Shown here piece by piece: positions 1 to 8,381 of a stretch of DNA of 61,145 nt. Origin of the DNA: a virus (lineage: Duplodnaviria; Caudoviricetes); IMG/VR virus record IMGVR_UViG_3300027844_000688, positions 1-61,145 of that record; one strand, written 5' to 3'. Within the stretch, counting starts at the first letter, position 1. Each line of letters begins with the position of its first letter. Made by a program: the position numbers and the translations under genes. Below the pieces are notes generated by a model. It had not been told where the DNA came from. It searched no databases and saw only the letters and a program-made list of their open reading frames with translations.

Positions 1-636
1 ACCGTTGACAGTCAGGTTGCCCGCAACCGTCACAGCACCAGCGAAGGCCGCCAGCTTGTCCTTGTCAATCGTGAGAGCCGGTGCCAAAACTGCATTAGTA
101 GCTTCCGTCTGGAAGATAATGGACCGCTCATCGCCAGCATTGATATACATCGACGAGGCACCACCTGTAATGGTGTTCGCCTTGATGCTCATATCCTCGA
201 TGTTGACCGAAGCAGTGCTCGTCAGAGCAGCGATGACCACGTTGCCCGCAGTAGTCTTGAGAGAAGCACTCGACCCACCAAGAATGTCGAGCCCAGCGAC
301 ACCCTCAATGCTGAAGGCTCCACTCACGGTCTTGCTAATGCTCTGAGGGCCAGCGGTATCGAGGGTGAGGTTGGCTGAAGCGACAATGGCCCCGTCAGCC
401 GAAAACTCGCCGCCAACGTGAAGCTGGCCGCCAATCTTGGCTCCGTGAGTTACCTCAAGAGCAAGATCGTTGGCAGCGCCGAAGTTGAAAAGCATGGGGA
501 CAGCGAGCGAGTTGACAAGAAGGTTGCTCGGAGTTCGTTGAGAACCCTTGAAGAGTTGCACAAACTTGTTTTCTGCCATCCCGTTCGTGTTGAATGAGTC
601 GAATGTGTTGTCGTTAGCGTAAGATGGAAAAGACAT
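1..636 (-). CDS. Putative virion fibre/beta-rich structural protein, 3' end truncated by the window edge
   Basis: Absent from the ORF track because there is no stop in the window. ATG at 636 with GGGAGA upstream. Reads open to base 1 (MSFPSYANDNTFDSF...AFAGAVTVAGNLTVNG). G/A/S/T/V-rich with GNLTVNG-type strands. Confidence 0.6.
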   Translation of the reverse strand, partial: MSFPSYANDNTFDSFNTNGMAENKFVQLFKGSQRTPSNLLVNSLAVPMLFNFGAANDLALEVTHGAKIGGQLHVGGEFSADGAIVASANLTLDTAGPQSISKTVSGAFSIEGVAGLDILGGSSASLKTTAGNVVIAALTSTASVNIEDMSIKANTITGGASSMYINAGDERSIIFQTEATNAVLAPALTIDKDKLAAFAGAVTVAGNLTVNG

Positions 637-827
637 GGTTTTTTTCTCCCGAAAAGTTGTTGCGCCGTTAGATGCGTGGGCAGACGCATAAGCACGTCAA
701 CCGTAGTATTGGTCCGTCGAACCGTCCGCCGTAGGGGGCGGTCATACATTCACATTCAATCGATACATCTCATCGGGAGATGTCGGCGTTGCCGGAATCA
801 GACCGGCTTCACCCTATATAGTGAGAT

Positions 828-841
828 ATTGGACAGCTATT
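828..841 (-). promoter_or_regulatory. Putative phage late-promoter motif (AATAGCTGTCCAAT)
   Basis: Loose copy of the recurring 14-nt motif, followed by N10-ATAG. Intergenic, upstream of the 1-636 gene. Confidence 0.4.
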
Positions 842-847
842 GTGGGT

Positions 848-1516
848 TTAGAAGTCAGGAGCAGAAACTCGGCGCTTCTTTTTTGAGCCGCCCTCATCGG
901 TAGAGGTACTTTGCCCTGGATCTTCGATTGCTGTCTTCTCTGCGGGTTCTTCAGCTTTCTTGGCCTCGACCTTCTTCGGCTTCCAAGACGCTGATGCTTT
1001 CCCTTCGGCTACCATCTTATCGATGACGGCTCTGCCTGTGACTTTCCCTTCGTCCCCAGCTTCCTCTGACGCCTCTGCTTTGGGAGGTGCTTCTGCCTCA
1101 ACTTGAGGTGCTTCTGCTTCCACGCCCTCTCGTTGCGCCAGGAAGCCCTTGGCCTTGACCAACTCATCGGCCTCTTTCTGGAACTCTATGATCCGAGCTT
1201 CCGCCTTCTTGCGGACCTCATCTCGTTCCGTCTCAAGGCTTTTGACCTCATCGAAGATGCCAGCTTCTCGGATAAGCTCCACGATCTGTTCTTGGACCTC
1301 GCCATGATAGGCTTGGAACTTCTCCCCAATCTGGTTGACCTCTTCTTGCATAGAAGCAAGTCGTTGGTCGATGAAGGCGATGTCATCAGTACGGGGCATT
1401 AGAGTCTCCTGGGGACTGTGGGGCTTGCGAGTCCGTTTGCGTTTGAGGGCTTTCTCCCGCTTGCGCTTATCACGCTGACGAGAGACGTTTCTCTTCTTCC
1501 CGCTGACTTTACCCAT
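848..1516 (-). CDS. Hypothetical coiled-coil protein
   Basis: 222-aa ORF with a basic N-terminus and a heptad-rich core. Confidence 0.7.
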   Translation of the reverse strand: MGKVSGKKRNVSRQRDKRKREKALKRKRTRKPHSPQETLMPRTDDIAFIDQRLASMQEEVNQIGEKFQAYHGEVQEQIVELIREAGIFDEVKSLETERDEVRKKAEARIIEFQKEADELVKAKGFLAQREGVEAEAPQVEAEAPPKAEASEEAGDEGKVTGRAVIDKMVAEGKASASWKPKKVEAKKAEEPAEKTAIEDPGQSTSTDEGGSKKKRRVSAPDF

Positions 1517-1532
1517 GATCCAGCCATCCCGT

Positions 1533-1787
1533 TCAAGAACGCCGCTTCTTTGCTTGGCTTGCGACCTTTACGAAGTCGTGCATGGTCTTACAAGCGGCAT
1601 CGTATTGTTGCTCTGAAGAACCGGGGTACTGGTTCAACGTATCTTGGGCGACATTTTCATCGTTATCAAAAATGAACACGACTTCTTGCCGGTCGTTTAT
1701 GTCCGTGCCCTGAAACTTCACACCACGGGCAACCAGAAACCCCGCCAGTCGAAAGTCTGTGAGTCGGATATCTTTCTTTTCAGACAA
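1533..1787 (-). CDS. Small DUF5659-like protein
   Basis: TDFRLAGFLVARG...VVFIF pattern resembles small phage DUF5659 proteins. AAGGAG RBS upstream. Confidence 0.55.
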   Translation of the reverse strand: MSEKKDIRLTDFRLAGFLVARGVKFQGTDINDRQEVVFIFDNDENVAQDTLNQYPGSSEQQYDAACKTMHDFVKVASQAKKRRS

Positions 1788-1858
1788 GGCTCACTCCTTC
1801 ACCTATGAGGCTTTGGTTGGGGGATACATTGTCCCCCAGCATTCATTACCACAGGGCT

Positions 1859-1872
1859 ATCAATCAACTACC
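1859..1872 (-). promoter_or_regulatory. Putative phage late-promoter motif (GGTAGTTGATTGAT-N12-ATGA)
   Basis: Recurring motif, located just downstream of the capsid terminator. Confidence 0.5.
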
Positions 1873-1950
1873 AAGACACTGTGGGGCTTCCCCCCAACGA
1901 ACGGATAGAAGTTTTTTAGGGCCGAGATTAGATTGGAGTGGATAGAGTCA

Positions 1951-1994
1951 AAATGAGAAAACCCGGCCTCCCCCAAAGGAGAGACCGGGTTTTC
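1951..1994 (-). terminator. Intrinsic terminator after the major capsid gene
   Basis: Minus strand reads GAAAACCCGGTCTCTCC-TTTG-GGGGAGGCCGGGTTTTC-TCATTT, a GC stem plus U-tract. Confidence 0.8.
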
Positions 1995-2019
1995 AATAGG
2001 GACTAACTCGAAGTTGAAA

Positions 2020-2892
2020 CTATCGAGTCACGGTCAGGCGGGTCAGACCACGGGGGTTGTACGCCCCGATACCCAAGTTCTCGAACACACTGAACCCGAT
2101 GGTACGAGCCTTCGGATCATCTGCCGAGAGAACCGTCAACTCGGTACGGACAGGAATCCGACCGAACATCTCGGGCTCACAGCAAACGTACACCGTGCCC
2201 ACAGGAACCAGACGGCTGGTAATGATCTGGGCACCCCAAAGGGTAGCCTGGAGACCAGTCTTCAGCAGTGTGGCCTGGGATTCGATGTCCAGGATGTCCC
2301 GACCGAACTTGCGAATATCAGCGTAGTCACGGGCGTTCATAAACACCCGAGCCACACGGAGATCGTGTCGTTCAATCAGAGCAAAGGCATCTGCCAGTAC
2401 CGAACCGGAAAGCGGAGCCACGACCGGCTGGTCGGGGTTCGTACCTGCGGAGATACTGTCGTAACCACTGGTTGCGATGCTATCCAGAACAGCGAACACA
2501 CGTTCGTCCTCGGCGGCCTGAATCTGCGCTCGGGCAAGATCCTGGGCACGCTCAATGAGGTCGAAACGACGCTCCTTGATCTGGGTCAGCGGAATCTCGG
2601 GGTTCGAGGCAATCTCGAACAACGGGAAAATCACACGCCTGGGCTTGGTGATTGCCAGAATGTTCTGACCTTCTTCACCCACAACAAAGGCCGTCACATC
2701 GGGATCTTTGTCGTAGATTGGAAGCGCACCGTCAGGAAGCTGCTCGACCAAGAAGGTCTTGCGCCCAACGGCACTGTAATCACGCCGAGTACGGAGTGGT
2801 TGGGTCATGGAGGCAGCGAGCTTGGCTCGACCCTGTGGGGTCTTGATGTAGTCGCTGATGATTTTTTGCTTTACAGCATTGTTGACACTCAT
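2020..2892 (-). CDS. Major capsid protein (HK97 fold)
   Basis: 290 aa. The pattern GRAKLAASMTQPLR..DY..VGRK.FLVEQLP.GALP.YDKD resembles large-phage HK97 capsids. Sits after protease/scaffold/decoration genes, has an AGGAGG RBS and a following terminator. Confidence 0.85.
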   Translation of the reverse strand: MSVNNAVKQKIISDYIKTPQGRAKLAASMTQPLRTRRDYSAVGRKTFLVEQLPDGALPIYDKDPDVTAFVVGEEGQNILAITKPRRVIFPLFEIASNPEIPLTQIKERRFDLIERAQDLARAQIQAAEDERVFAVLDSIATSGYDSISAGTNPDQPVVAPLSGSVLADAFALIERHDLRVARVFMNARDYADIRKFGRDILDIESQATLLKTGLQATLWGAQIITSRLVPVGTVYVCCEPEMFGRIPVRTELTVLSADDPKARTIGFSVFENLGIGAYNPRGLTRLTVTR

Positions 2893-2905
2893 TGTTCAGC
2901 CCTCC

Positions 2906-3523
2906 TTATACGCGCTGGTCGTAGACCAGTTCGGTCTGGGTTGAATCGGGCGGCATCTTGAGAACACCGATCAGCGTATTGAAACCAGTACCGGTTGCAC
3001 CAGAATCACTGAATCCAGCGTTGTTCGCATCGTCGTGTGCGTTGTCAGCCGCAACGACGTTGGTCAAGTAGCCATTGAGAGATGCCACCAACCCGTCAGA
3101 GACGGAATAGGTAATATCAACACCACTGTTGAGATTAGCCGTCTCATAAAGAGCATTGGCATACGTTCCCTGACCAGAGATGTATGGTCCCTTACCAGAG
3201 GCGGTGCCCGGGGTGTTCTCAAACGAGTTACCGTTCGCACTGTTGATGAAGACACCAAGTACGACTGTATCTGCGCTTGCCTCGGGGCCACCAACATAGT
3301 TGGAACCCTCATCGGGGCGAGCGAAACATACAGAACCAGAGAGGACACCATTAGATGTGGTGTCAACCTGATCCGAAGTACCGGTTGTAGTATTAGGCGG
3401 GTTGTCCTGGGTGAAGCTATCTGCTGTCAGGACGCCCGTGGTATTACGAATACCAACGTGCAAAATCCGTAGCGCAGAGCTACTCTCAGTCCAACCACCA
3501 CTTGCCTGTCCAAGCAAAGGCAT
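2906..3523 (-). CDS. Putative capsid decoration/cement protein
   Basis: 205 aa, G/S/T/N-rich beta protein immediately upstream of the capsid gene. AGGAGA RBS. Confidence 0.6.
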   Translation of the reverse strand: MPLLGQASGGWTESSSALRILHVGIRNTTGVLTADSFTQDNPPNTTTGTSDQVDTTSNGVLSGSVCFARPDEGSNYVGGPEASADTVVLGVFINSANGNSFENTPGTASGKGPYISGQGTYANALYETANLNSGVDITYSVSDGLVASLNGYLTNVVAADNAHDDANNAGFSDSGATGTGFNTLIGVLKMPPDSTQTELVYDQRV

Positions 3524-3626
3524 AATCTTTCTCCTACCTATGCTCCCTGTTTACAGGGGGCGGTTGATGAAAACGCTCAAAGCGTTTTTTGTGAGAGACC
3601 ATCCCTCACACATAGTTAGCAAACTT

Positions 3627-3640
3627 ATTGAATGAATATC
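3627..3640 (-). promoter_or_regulatory. Putative phage late-promoter motif (GATATTCATTCAAT-N12-TATG)
   Basis: Recurring motif upstream of the decoration plus capsid pair. Confidence 0.5.
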
Positions 3641-3653
3641 GTAGGAAGTTTCC

Positions 3654-3712
3654 GAAAGTTAGCTCCCCCTGCTAAAAAACAGTCGCTAAATCGCAAGGGG
3701 AGGGTAACTTTC
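3654..3712. repeat. Long imperfect inverted repeat after the scaffold gene
   Basis: GAAAGTTAGCTCCCCCTGC...GCAAGGGGAGGGTAACTTTC. Confidence 0.6.
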
Positions 3713-3723
3713 AAAGTTTCGTC

Positions 3724-5385
3724 CTACGAGCCAAAGACGTTAGAAACGTCAGGAGCAGATTCCCACAGATTCGCAAGCTCGCTAATCTCACTGGCTGCGG
3801 TCTTGTTGACTGCACCAACGGACTTCACGCCCTTACTTGCCTTACGGGGCTGGGGACGCAGACGGGAAGCCTTCTTGGAAGATGCCTTCTCGTCATCGCC
3901 TTCGTCGGCATCGTCTTCATCGCCTTCGTCGGCTTCGTCGGCTTCGCCTTCGTCGGCATCACCCTCTTCCTCATCCTCACCAGCGAACTTGCCGCCGTAG
4001 AGGTTGGCAAGAAGATCGCCGTCCTCGGCCATGAGTTCCTCGGCCATCAGACCCATTGGATCTTCACCCAGGATCGGAGCCTCTTCACCCATTACGTCAC
4101 AGGCTTCGGATTCGGCCTCTTCTTCGGCCATCATCAGAGACTCAATGTTGGCCTCCATGTCAGCGTCGGAAGGACCAGCAGCCTGCTGTTCTTCAGCGAG
4201 CATCTCGGAAAGCATGTCCATCTCATCGGCACCGAGAGCGATAGCGAGACGCTGTAGAGCGGCCTTCTTGGAGGCTTCTTCTTCGGCCTCTTCTTCGGCT
4301 TCCTCTTCAGCTTCCTCTTCTGACTTCTTGGCCTTCTTGGAAGCTACTTCCTCTTCGGCCTCTTCGTCAGCTTCCTCTTCGGCCTCTTCCTCGGACTTCT
4401 TGGCTCGGAGGCGGCGGATACGTGCCTTCTTGGAGGCTTCCTCTTCCGCTTCCTCTTCGGCTTCCTCTTCGGCTTCCTCTTCGGCTTCCTCTTCGGCAGC
4501 CTTGGAGAAGGAACTACCGAGACCGGCAGCTACTTCATCACGGGAAAGGATGCCGTCACCATCGGTGTCGAGAGCAGCGAAAACAGCCATGCTTCCGCCC
4601 CACTCTTCGGCGGTAATGAAACCATCACCGTCCAGATCGTAGGCATCAAACATATCGTGGGCGGTTCCGCCCGTGGCTGCCTTGGCACCGTCTTCTTCGG
4701 CGAGCATCTCGGCGAGCATCGCTTCAGCAACGGCGGCTTCCGAGTCAACCTCTTCGGGTGCATCGGGAACAAGACCTGCGCTATCGGGAGCGAGTGTCTC
4801 GTCCGCTGGATCGTTCTGGTCTGCACGCATAGCCTGAAGCTCTGAACGCATAGCCTGAAGCTCTGACATTAGTTCGCCCTGGACACCTTCGTCCTCGGCC
4901 AACATTTCCTCACCGAGCATCTCGGCAAGAAGGTCACCATCAGCCTCTTCGTCAGCAGTAAAAAGACTCTGCTTCTGGAGGCGGGCGATACTGGCCTTGA
5001 TCTGGATGTCGGGGAGGTCCATCAGATCGAGAGCTTGATCTTCAATCTGTGCTGTGGTGGCGTTCTGTCCCAACATGGCCTGGGCAATACGGATGCACTT
5101 TGCAGCCTTACGCTCAACACTGGCACGGAGATCACGGGCCGACTTCAAGGCCGGGTGGTCGTGACCTTCATGGGGAACCGCAGGATGTTCGGCGTTCCCG
5201 TAAGGACCGGGGGTGGGATCTTCGGCCCACGACGAGGTGTCGCCATTCTCATAATCATGGGCATCAGGATCTTCCTGATGCGCCGGGTGATCATGGGTAT
5301 CAGCATCGGTATAACCAGGATTCGCCGGGGGTGGCGATGCCTGCTTCTGTTCTGCTGGGTTCCAAGTTTTGCGTGTACGTGCCAT
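3724..5385 (-). CDS. Putative capsid scaffolding protein with an EF-hand pair
   Basis: 553 aa, very acidic, lies between protease and capsid genes. DLDGDGFITAEE and DTDGDGILSRDE are canonical EF-hand loops. Contains EEEA repeats. Confidence 0.7.
   Translation of the reverse strand: MARTRKTWNPAEQKQASPPPANPGYTDADTHDHPAHQEDPDAHDYENGDTSSWAEDPTPGPYGNAEHPAVPHEGHDHPALKSARDLRASVERKAAKCIRIAQAMLGQNATTAQIEDQALDLMDLPDIQIKASIARLQKQSLFTADEEADGDLLAEMLGEEMLAEDEGVQGELMSELQAMRSELQAMRADQNDPADETLAPDSAGLVPDAPEEVDSEAAVAEAMLAEMLAEEDGAKAATGGTAHDMFDAYDLDGDGFITAEEWGGSMAVFAALDTDGDGILSRDEVAAGLGSSFSKAAEEEAEEEAEEEAEEEAEEEASKKARIRRLRAKKSEEEAEEEADEEAEEEVASKKAKKSEEEAEEEAEEEAEEEASKKAALQRLAIALGADEMDMLSEMLAEEQQAAGPSDADMEANIESLMMAEEEAESEACDVMGEEAPILGEDPMGLMAEELMAEDGDLLANLYGGKFAGEDEEEGDADEGEADEADEGDEDDADEGDDEKASSKKASRLRPQPRKASKGVKSVGAVNKTAASEISELANLWESAPDVSNVFGS
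4261..4500 (-). repeat. Coding tandem repeats (EEEA)n separated by SKKA
   Basis: 12-nt unit TTCCTCTTCGGC repeated in three blocks. Confidence 0.85.
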
Positions 5386-5386
5386 G

Positions 5387-6856
5387 TCAAGACTCCTTGT
5401 TCGGCGGTGTCGAATCGCTCATGTTGTTGTCCCTCACCGAAAGCAACTTTCCAAGCCGCATGAGGGTCATAGACTCTGAAACAGTAGGTTTTCTACCAAG
5501 TGATCCAGCGCAAGCATGGAGGTAACCCTCCAAGGAACCGTACCGATCAGTCGTGCCGACTTGTAGTGCGGTTCTATAGATACATCTCGGAATAGAAAGT
5601 CCAACGAAGTTATTGAAAGTTGCAACTTTGTTGATGAGGTCCGCATCTGTATCGCTCGACCTAATCAAAAGCTCCAAAGCTGCGTTGTAGCCCACTTTTC
5701 GCCGCTTTTCGGCGGCTTCTTTGATGACATTATCATTCAAAGCAGTGGAGGAACTTTCTGGTGACGGGTCAGGAGAAAGTTCATCTTTCAGTTCTTTCTT
5801 GCCCAACTCTTGGCGAATCTTTCCCTTGATTCGGTTGAGAATCATCTTCTGGACTTCAGACTCGAAGTCCCCAAGAGAGCCTCCAGCAGCATCGGGCTCG
5901 TCTCCGCCGCCACCTTCTTCCTCGTCGTCGCCCCACCCGGCATAAATGCCGTCACTCATATCGAGCATAGCGGCCTTTCGGCGGGTGTTCTCATCCCAAT
6001 CCTTTGGGGGAGTGGCGAGAACCCGCTGGGCCTTGCGAACAATGGTGGCGTCTATTTCTTGCGGTGAGAGGATGTTTCGCATCACAGCCCCACCGAAAGC
6101 GGGAGTTTCCACCCAAGAGGCTTCGATGAAATGAACTCCCCCGGTTGGATCAACTGAAGGGTGGCCGCAAAGTTCTGCGACTCGGTGTTTACTGCCGCCT
6201 TGGTCAAAGAACGTGTTGCCCTTCTCGTACCGAACATGCTTGCACATCTCGGTCTCATCAGCGGCGACATGCCCACATTTGGTGCAGATGGTGAAGTCAA
6301 CGGTACAACCCATCGACATCGAGGCCATCTTGCCGCCCTCGATAGACTTGACCAGATCAGTGTTCTTTCGGTCCGTGGCGATCAAAATATCGATGTAGAC
6401 GCTATCCCCGATATCACGGGCGCAGGCGTCAATGATCCTGCCTCTCGACAAGTCCTCGACTTGGACATGCTCCACGAAGTTGTGGGCTCCAATGAACGTC
6501 CGGTAGCTCTTGAGCAGAACGTCCCGATCCCAGCTATCGAGGTTGTTATTGATGAAACGGTCACACTCGGGCTTGATGCGGAAGTTGGGGAACTTCCGGT
6601 TGACCCGAAAGCCGTCTTCAGTCACCGACCCCATCTTCATGTTGGATACATCATAGGTATCCACAGAGGCCACGATAGTAGCGTGGGTCAATAGGAACTG
6701 TTCGGGGTTGAACTTCGTATCGAAGATCTCCCCGGCTTGGTCAATCAAGTTGACCGAGAGTTGGGTCTGGATACTTGCTGTGCGGATGGTCTTCCATGTC
6801 TTCTTATCGACACGGGGTTGAACAACAGTCGCACGGGCATACTTGAGGAACGCCAT
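5387..6856 (-). CDS. Putative prohead maturation protease with Zn-finger insertion
   Basis: Motifs NNN.D.W, NFVEH, SMSMGC, CTKCGH...CKH and FIEASWVETPAF. His and Ser spacing fits HK97/herpes-type head proteases. Position in the head operon agrees. Confidence 0.65.
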   Translation of the reverse strand: MAFLKYARATVVQPRVDKKTWKTIRTASIQTQLSVNLIDQAGEIFDTKFNPEQFLLTHATIVASVDTYDVSNMKMGSVTEDGFRVNRKFPNFRIKPECDRFINNNLDSWDRDVLLKSYRTFIGAHNFVEHVQVEDLSRGRIIDACARDIGDSVYIDILIATDRKNTDLVKSIEGGKMASMSMGCTVDFTICTKCGHVAADETEMCKHVRYEKGNTFFDQGGSKHRVAELCGHPSVDPTGGVHFIEASWVETPAFGGAVMRNILSPQEIDATIVRKAQRVLATPPKDWDENTRRKAAMLDMSDGIYAGWGDDEEEGGGGDEPDAAGGSLGDFESEVQKMILNRIKGKIRQELGKKELKDELSPDPSPESSSTALNDNVIKEAAEKRRKVGYNAALELLIRSSDTDADLINKVATFNNFVGLSIPRCIYRTALQVGTTDRYGSLEGYLHACAGSLGRKPTVSESMTLMRLGKLLSVRDNNMSDSTPPNKES

Positions 6857-6857
6857 T

Positions 6858-7490
6858 TCAGCCTACCATCCCAAGAATGTCACAACGCTTGATCAAGAAC
6901 ATGCAGGAAGGGCAACCCATGAGCTTCTCACTCATGCCGCTCTCCCGCTTGTAGATCGCCTTGCGAAGCGAACCTGACCCGCACTTTGGGCAGCCAAAGT
7001 CGCTACTGGTTGTCTCGCTCTTCGTCGCCCGATACTTTCGATCCAACGCCGCCCAGTACAAAGCCTTCTTCACATGGGCTTCTGCTACTCGTTGAGAGAG
7101 ATGAGCCTCAATCCTGGCTGTACGGCGTTGCTCACGTTCAGCATCTTCCTCATCGTCGTCCACCATAAAGGTTGGAAGTGGAGTGTCGGGAGAGTTGCGT
7201 GAGGGATCGGGACCACCTGGAACTTCCACTGAACCTGCCCCGCCGGGGACAGAATCGTGGTGGGGTTCGTTTACGGGTGAGTCCTGTCGGATGCGCTGGA
7301 GGTCTTCAACAGGGTATCGCTTGTTGCCGTATGCGAACTCCACATCGACCATACCAATAGCAGGGAACACCGACACCACTCGGCCAGACACCATAGAGTC
7401 TGCACCAAAAGGAGCAACAGCATCCCCGACAGAGAACTCCGAAGCTCTCTGTTGGTAATCAATATAGACGGTGGCTGACCGCTCGGACAC
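6858..7490 (-). CDS. Hypothetical protein (SH3-like N-terminus, C-terminal Zn ribbon)
   Basis: FSVGDAV...GRVVSV...VDVEF; CPKC...CPSC. Confidence 0.65.
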   Translation of the reverse strand: MSERSATVYIDYQQRASEFSVGDAVAPFGADSMVSGRVVSVFPAIGMVDVEFAYGNKRYPVEDLQRIRQDSPVNEPHHDSVPGGAGSVEVPGGPDPSRNSPDTPLPTFMVDDDEEDAEREQRRTARIEAHLSQRVAEAHVKKALYWAALDRKYRATKSETTSSDFGCPKCGSGSLRKAIYKRESGMSEKLMGCPSCMFLIKRCDILGMVG

Positions 7491-7505
7491 AACAAACCTC
7501 CGTAA

Positions 7506-8381
7506 TCAAGCTGTCAGGTCAAAACCGTGTTGGACAGCGGCCTTCTTCCCAATGGAAGAAGCGGCATCATTCACGATATCGTCTGCGAGACTGACCAGCT
7601 TTTCCATACGTTCAGCCGAACCAGAAATCATCTCTTCAAGCCGCAGTTGGGCGGTCGGAGAAGAATCACCAGCACCGGTCATGCTATCGCAAAGACCCTG
7701 GAGGTAAGGAACGACCTCGCTCACGGCACCGACCACTCGATCAGATGCAGCAAGGGATTCCAGAGAGAGGCCGTCTTCACCGGCTGCTCCAGCAGAAATC
7801 AACGAGTCCCGAATCTTGTCCACGGTGCTGACCAAGGTATCGGCAGCGGAGGAAATCCCTCCAACACCTTCGACGCCCGCAGCAGCGAGCTTCGCAGCAC
7901 AGAGCTTGAGGTGGTCTCGGAGACGCCCCAGTTCCATCACCTGTTCATCGTGAGCCTGCTTGGCGAGTTGGACCACCCGGGAAGCCTGCTTGCCGGGTTC
8001 GGCACCTCGACTCTCTGTGGAGGCTGAAGCCAAATCACCCTCTTCCTGCTCCCCACGGAGTTCTCGGTTGGACTGTTGGGTGAAATGCCCATCCATGTAG
8101 GCACCTTCGTCCCCGTCGCCTTCGGCGGGACCGGCAACCTCACGACCGATGTCGTCTGGATCAAAGCCTTCTTCCTTCACGACATCGAGTTCATCAAGAG
8201 CAGTGCGATCTGCGCCTGCCTGACGCTCGACGTGATCTGAAAGCAGATCACAGCGATATGAGAAATCAGTTGCGACATGGGTGGGGACTCCAAGAGCCCT
8301 CGCCTCTGTCTCAAAAAGAGTAGCGATGCGGTCAAGTGTCTGGGACACCTGCTTTGCACCGTGTGGGGTCAGAGTTGCCAT
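7506..8381 (-). CDS. Probable nested in-frame gene (291 aa, MATLTPHGAKQV...) within the 1592-aa ORF
   Basis: AGGAGG at 8391-8396, 9 nt before ATG 8381. Promoter-like motif at 8481-8494. Confidence 0.6.
   Translation of the reverse strand: MATLTPHGAKQVSQTLDRIATLFETEARALGVPTHVATDFSYRCDLLSDHVERQAGADRTALDELDVVKEEGFDPDDIGREVAGPAEGDGDEGAYMDGHFTQQSNRELRGEQEEGDLASASTESRGAEPGKQASRVVQLAKQAHDEQVMELGRLRDHLKLCAAKLAAAGVEGVGGISSAADTLVSTVDKIRDSLISAGAAGEDGLSLESLAASDRVVGAVSEVVPYLQGLCDSMTGAGDSSPTAQLRLEEMISGSAERMEKLVSLADDIVNDAASSIGKKAAVQHGFDLTA

Noticed and set aside
2020-2892. Cellular encapsulin operon
   Set aside because: The adjacent portal, terminase, protease and scaffold indicate a true phage head.
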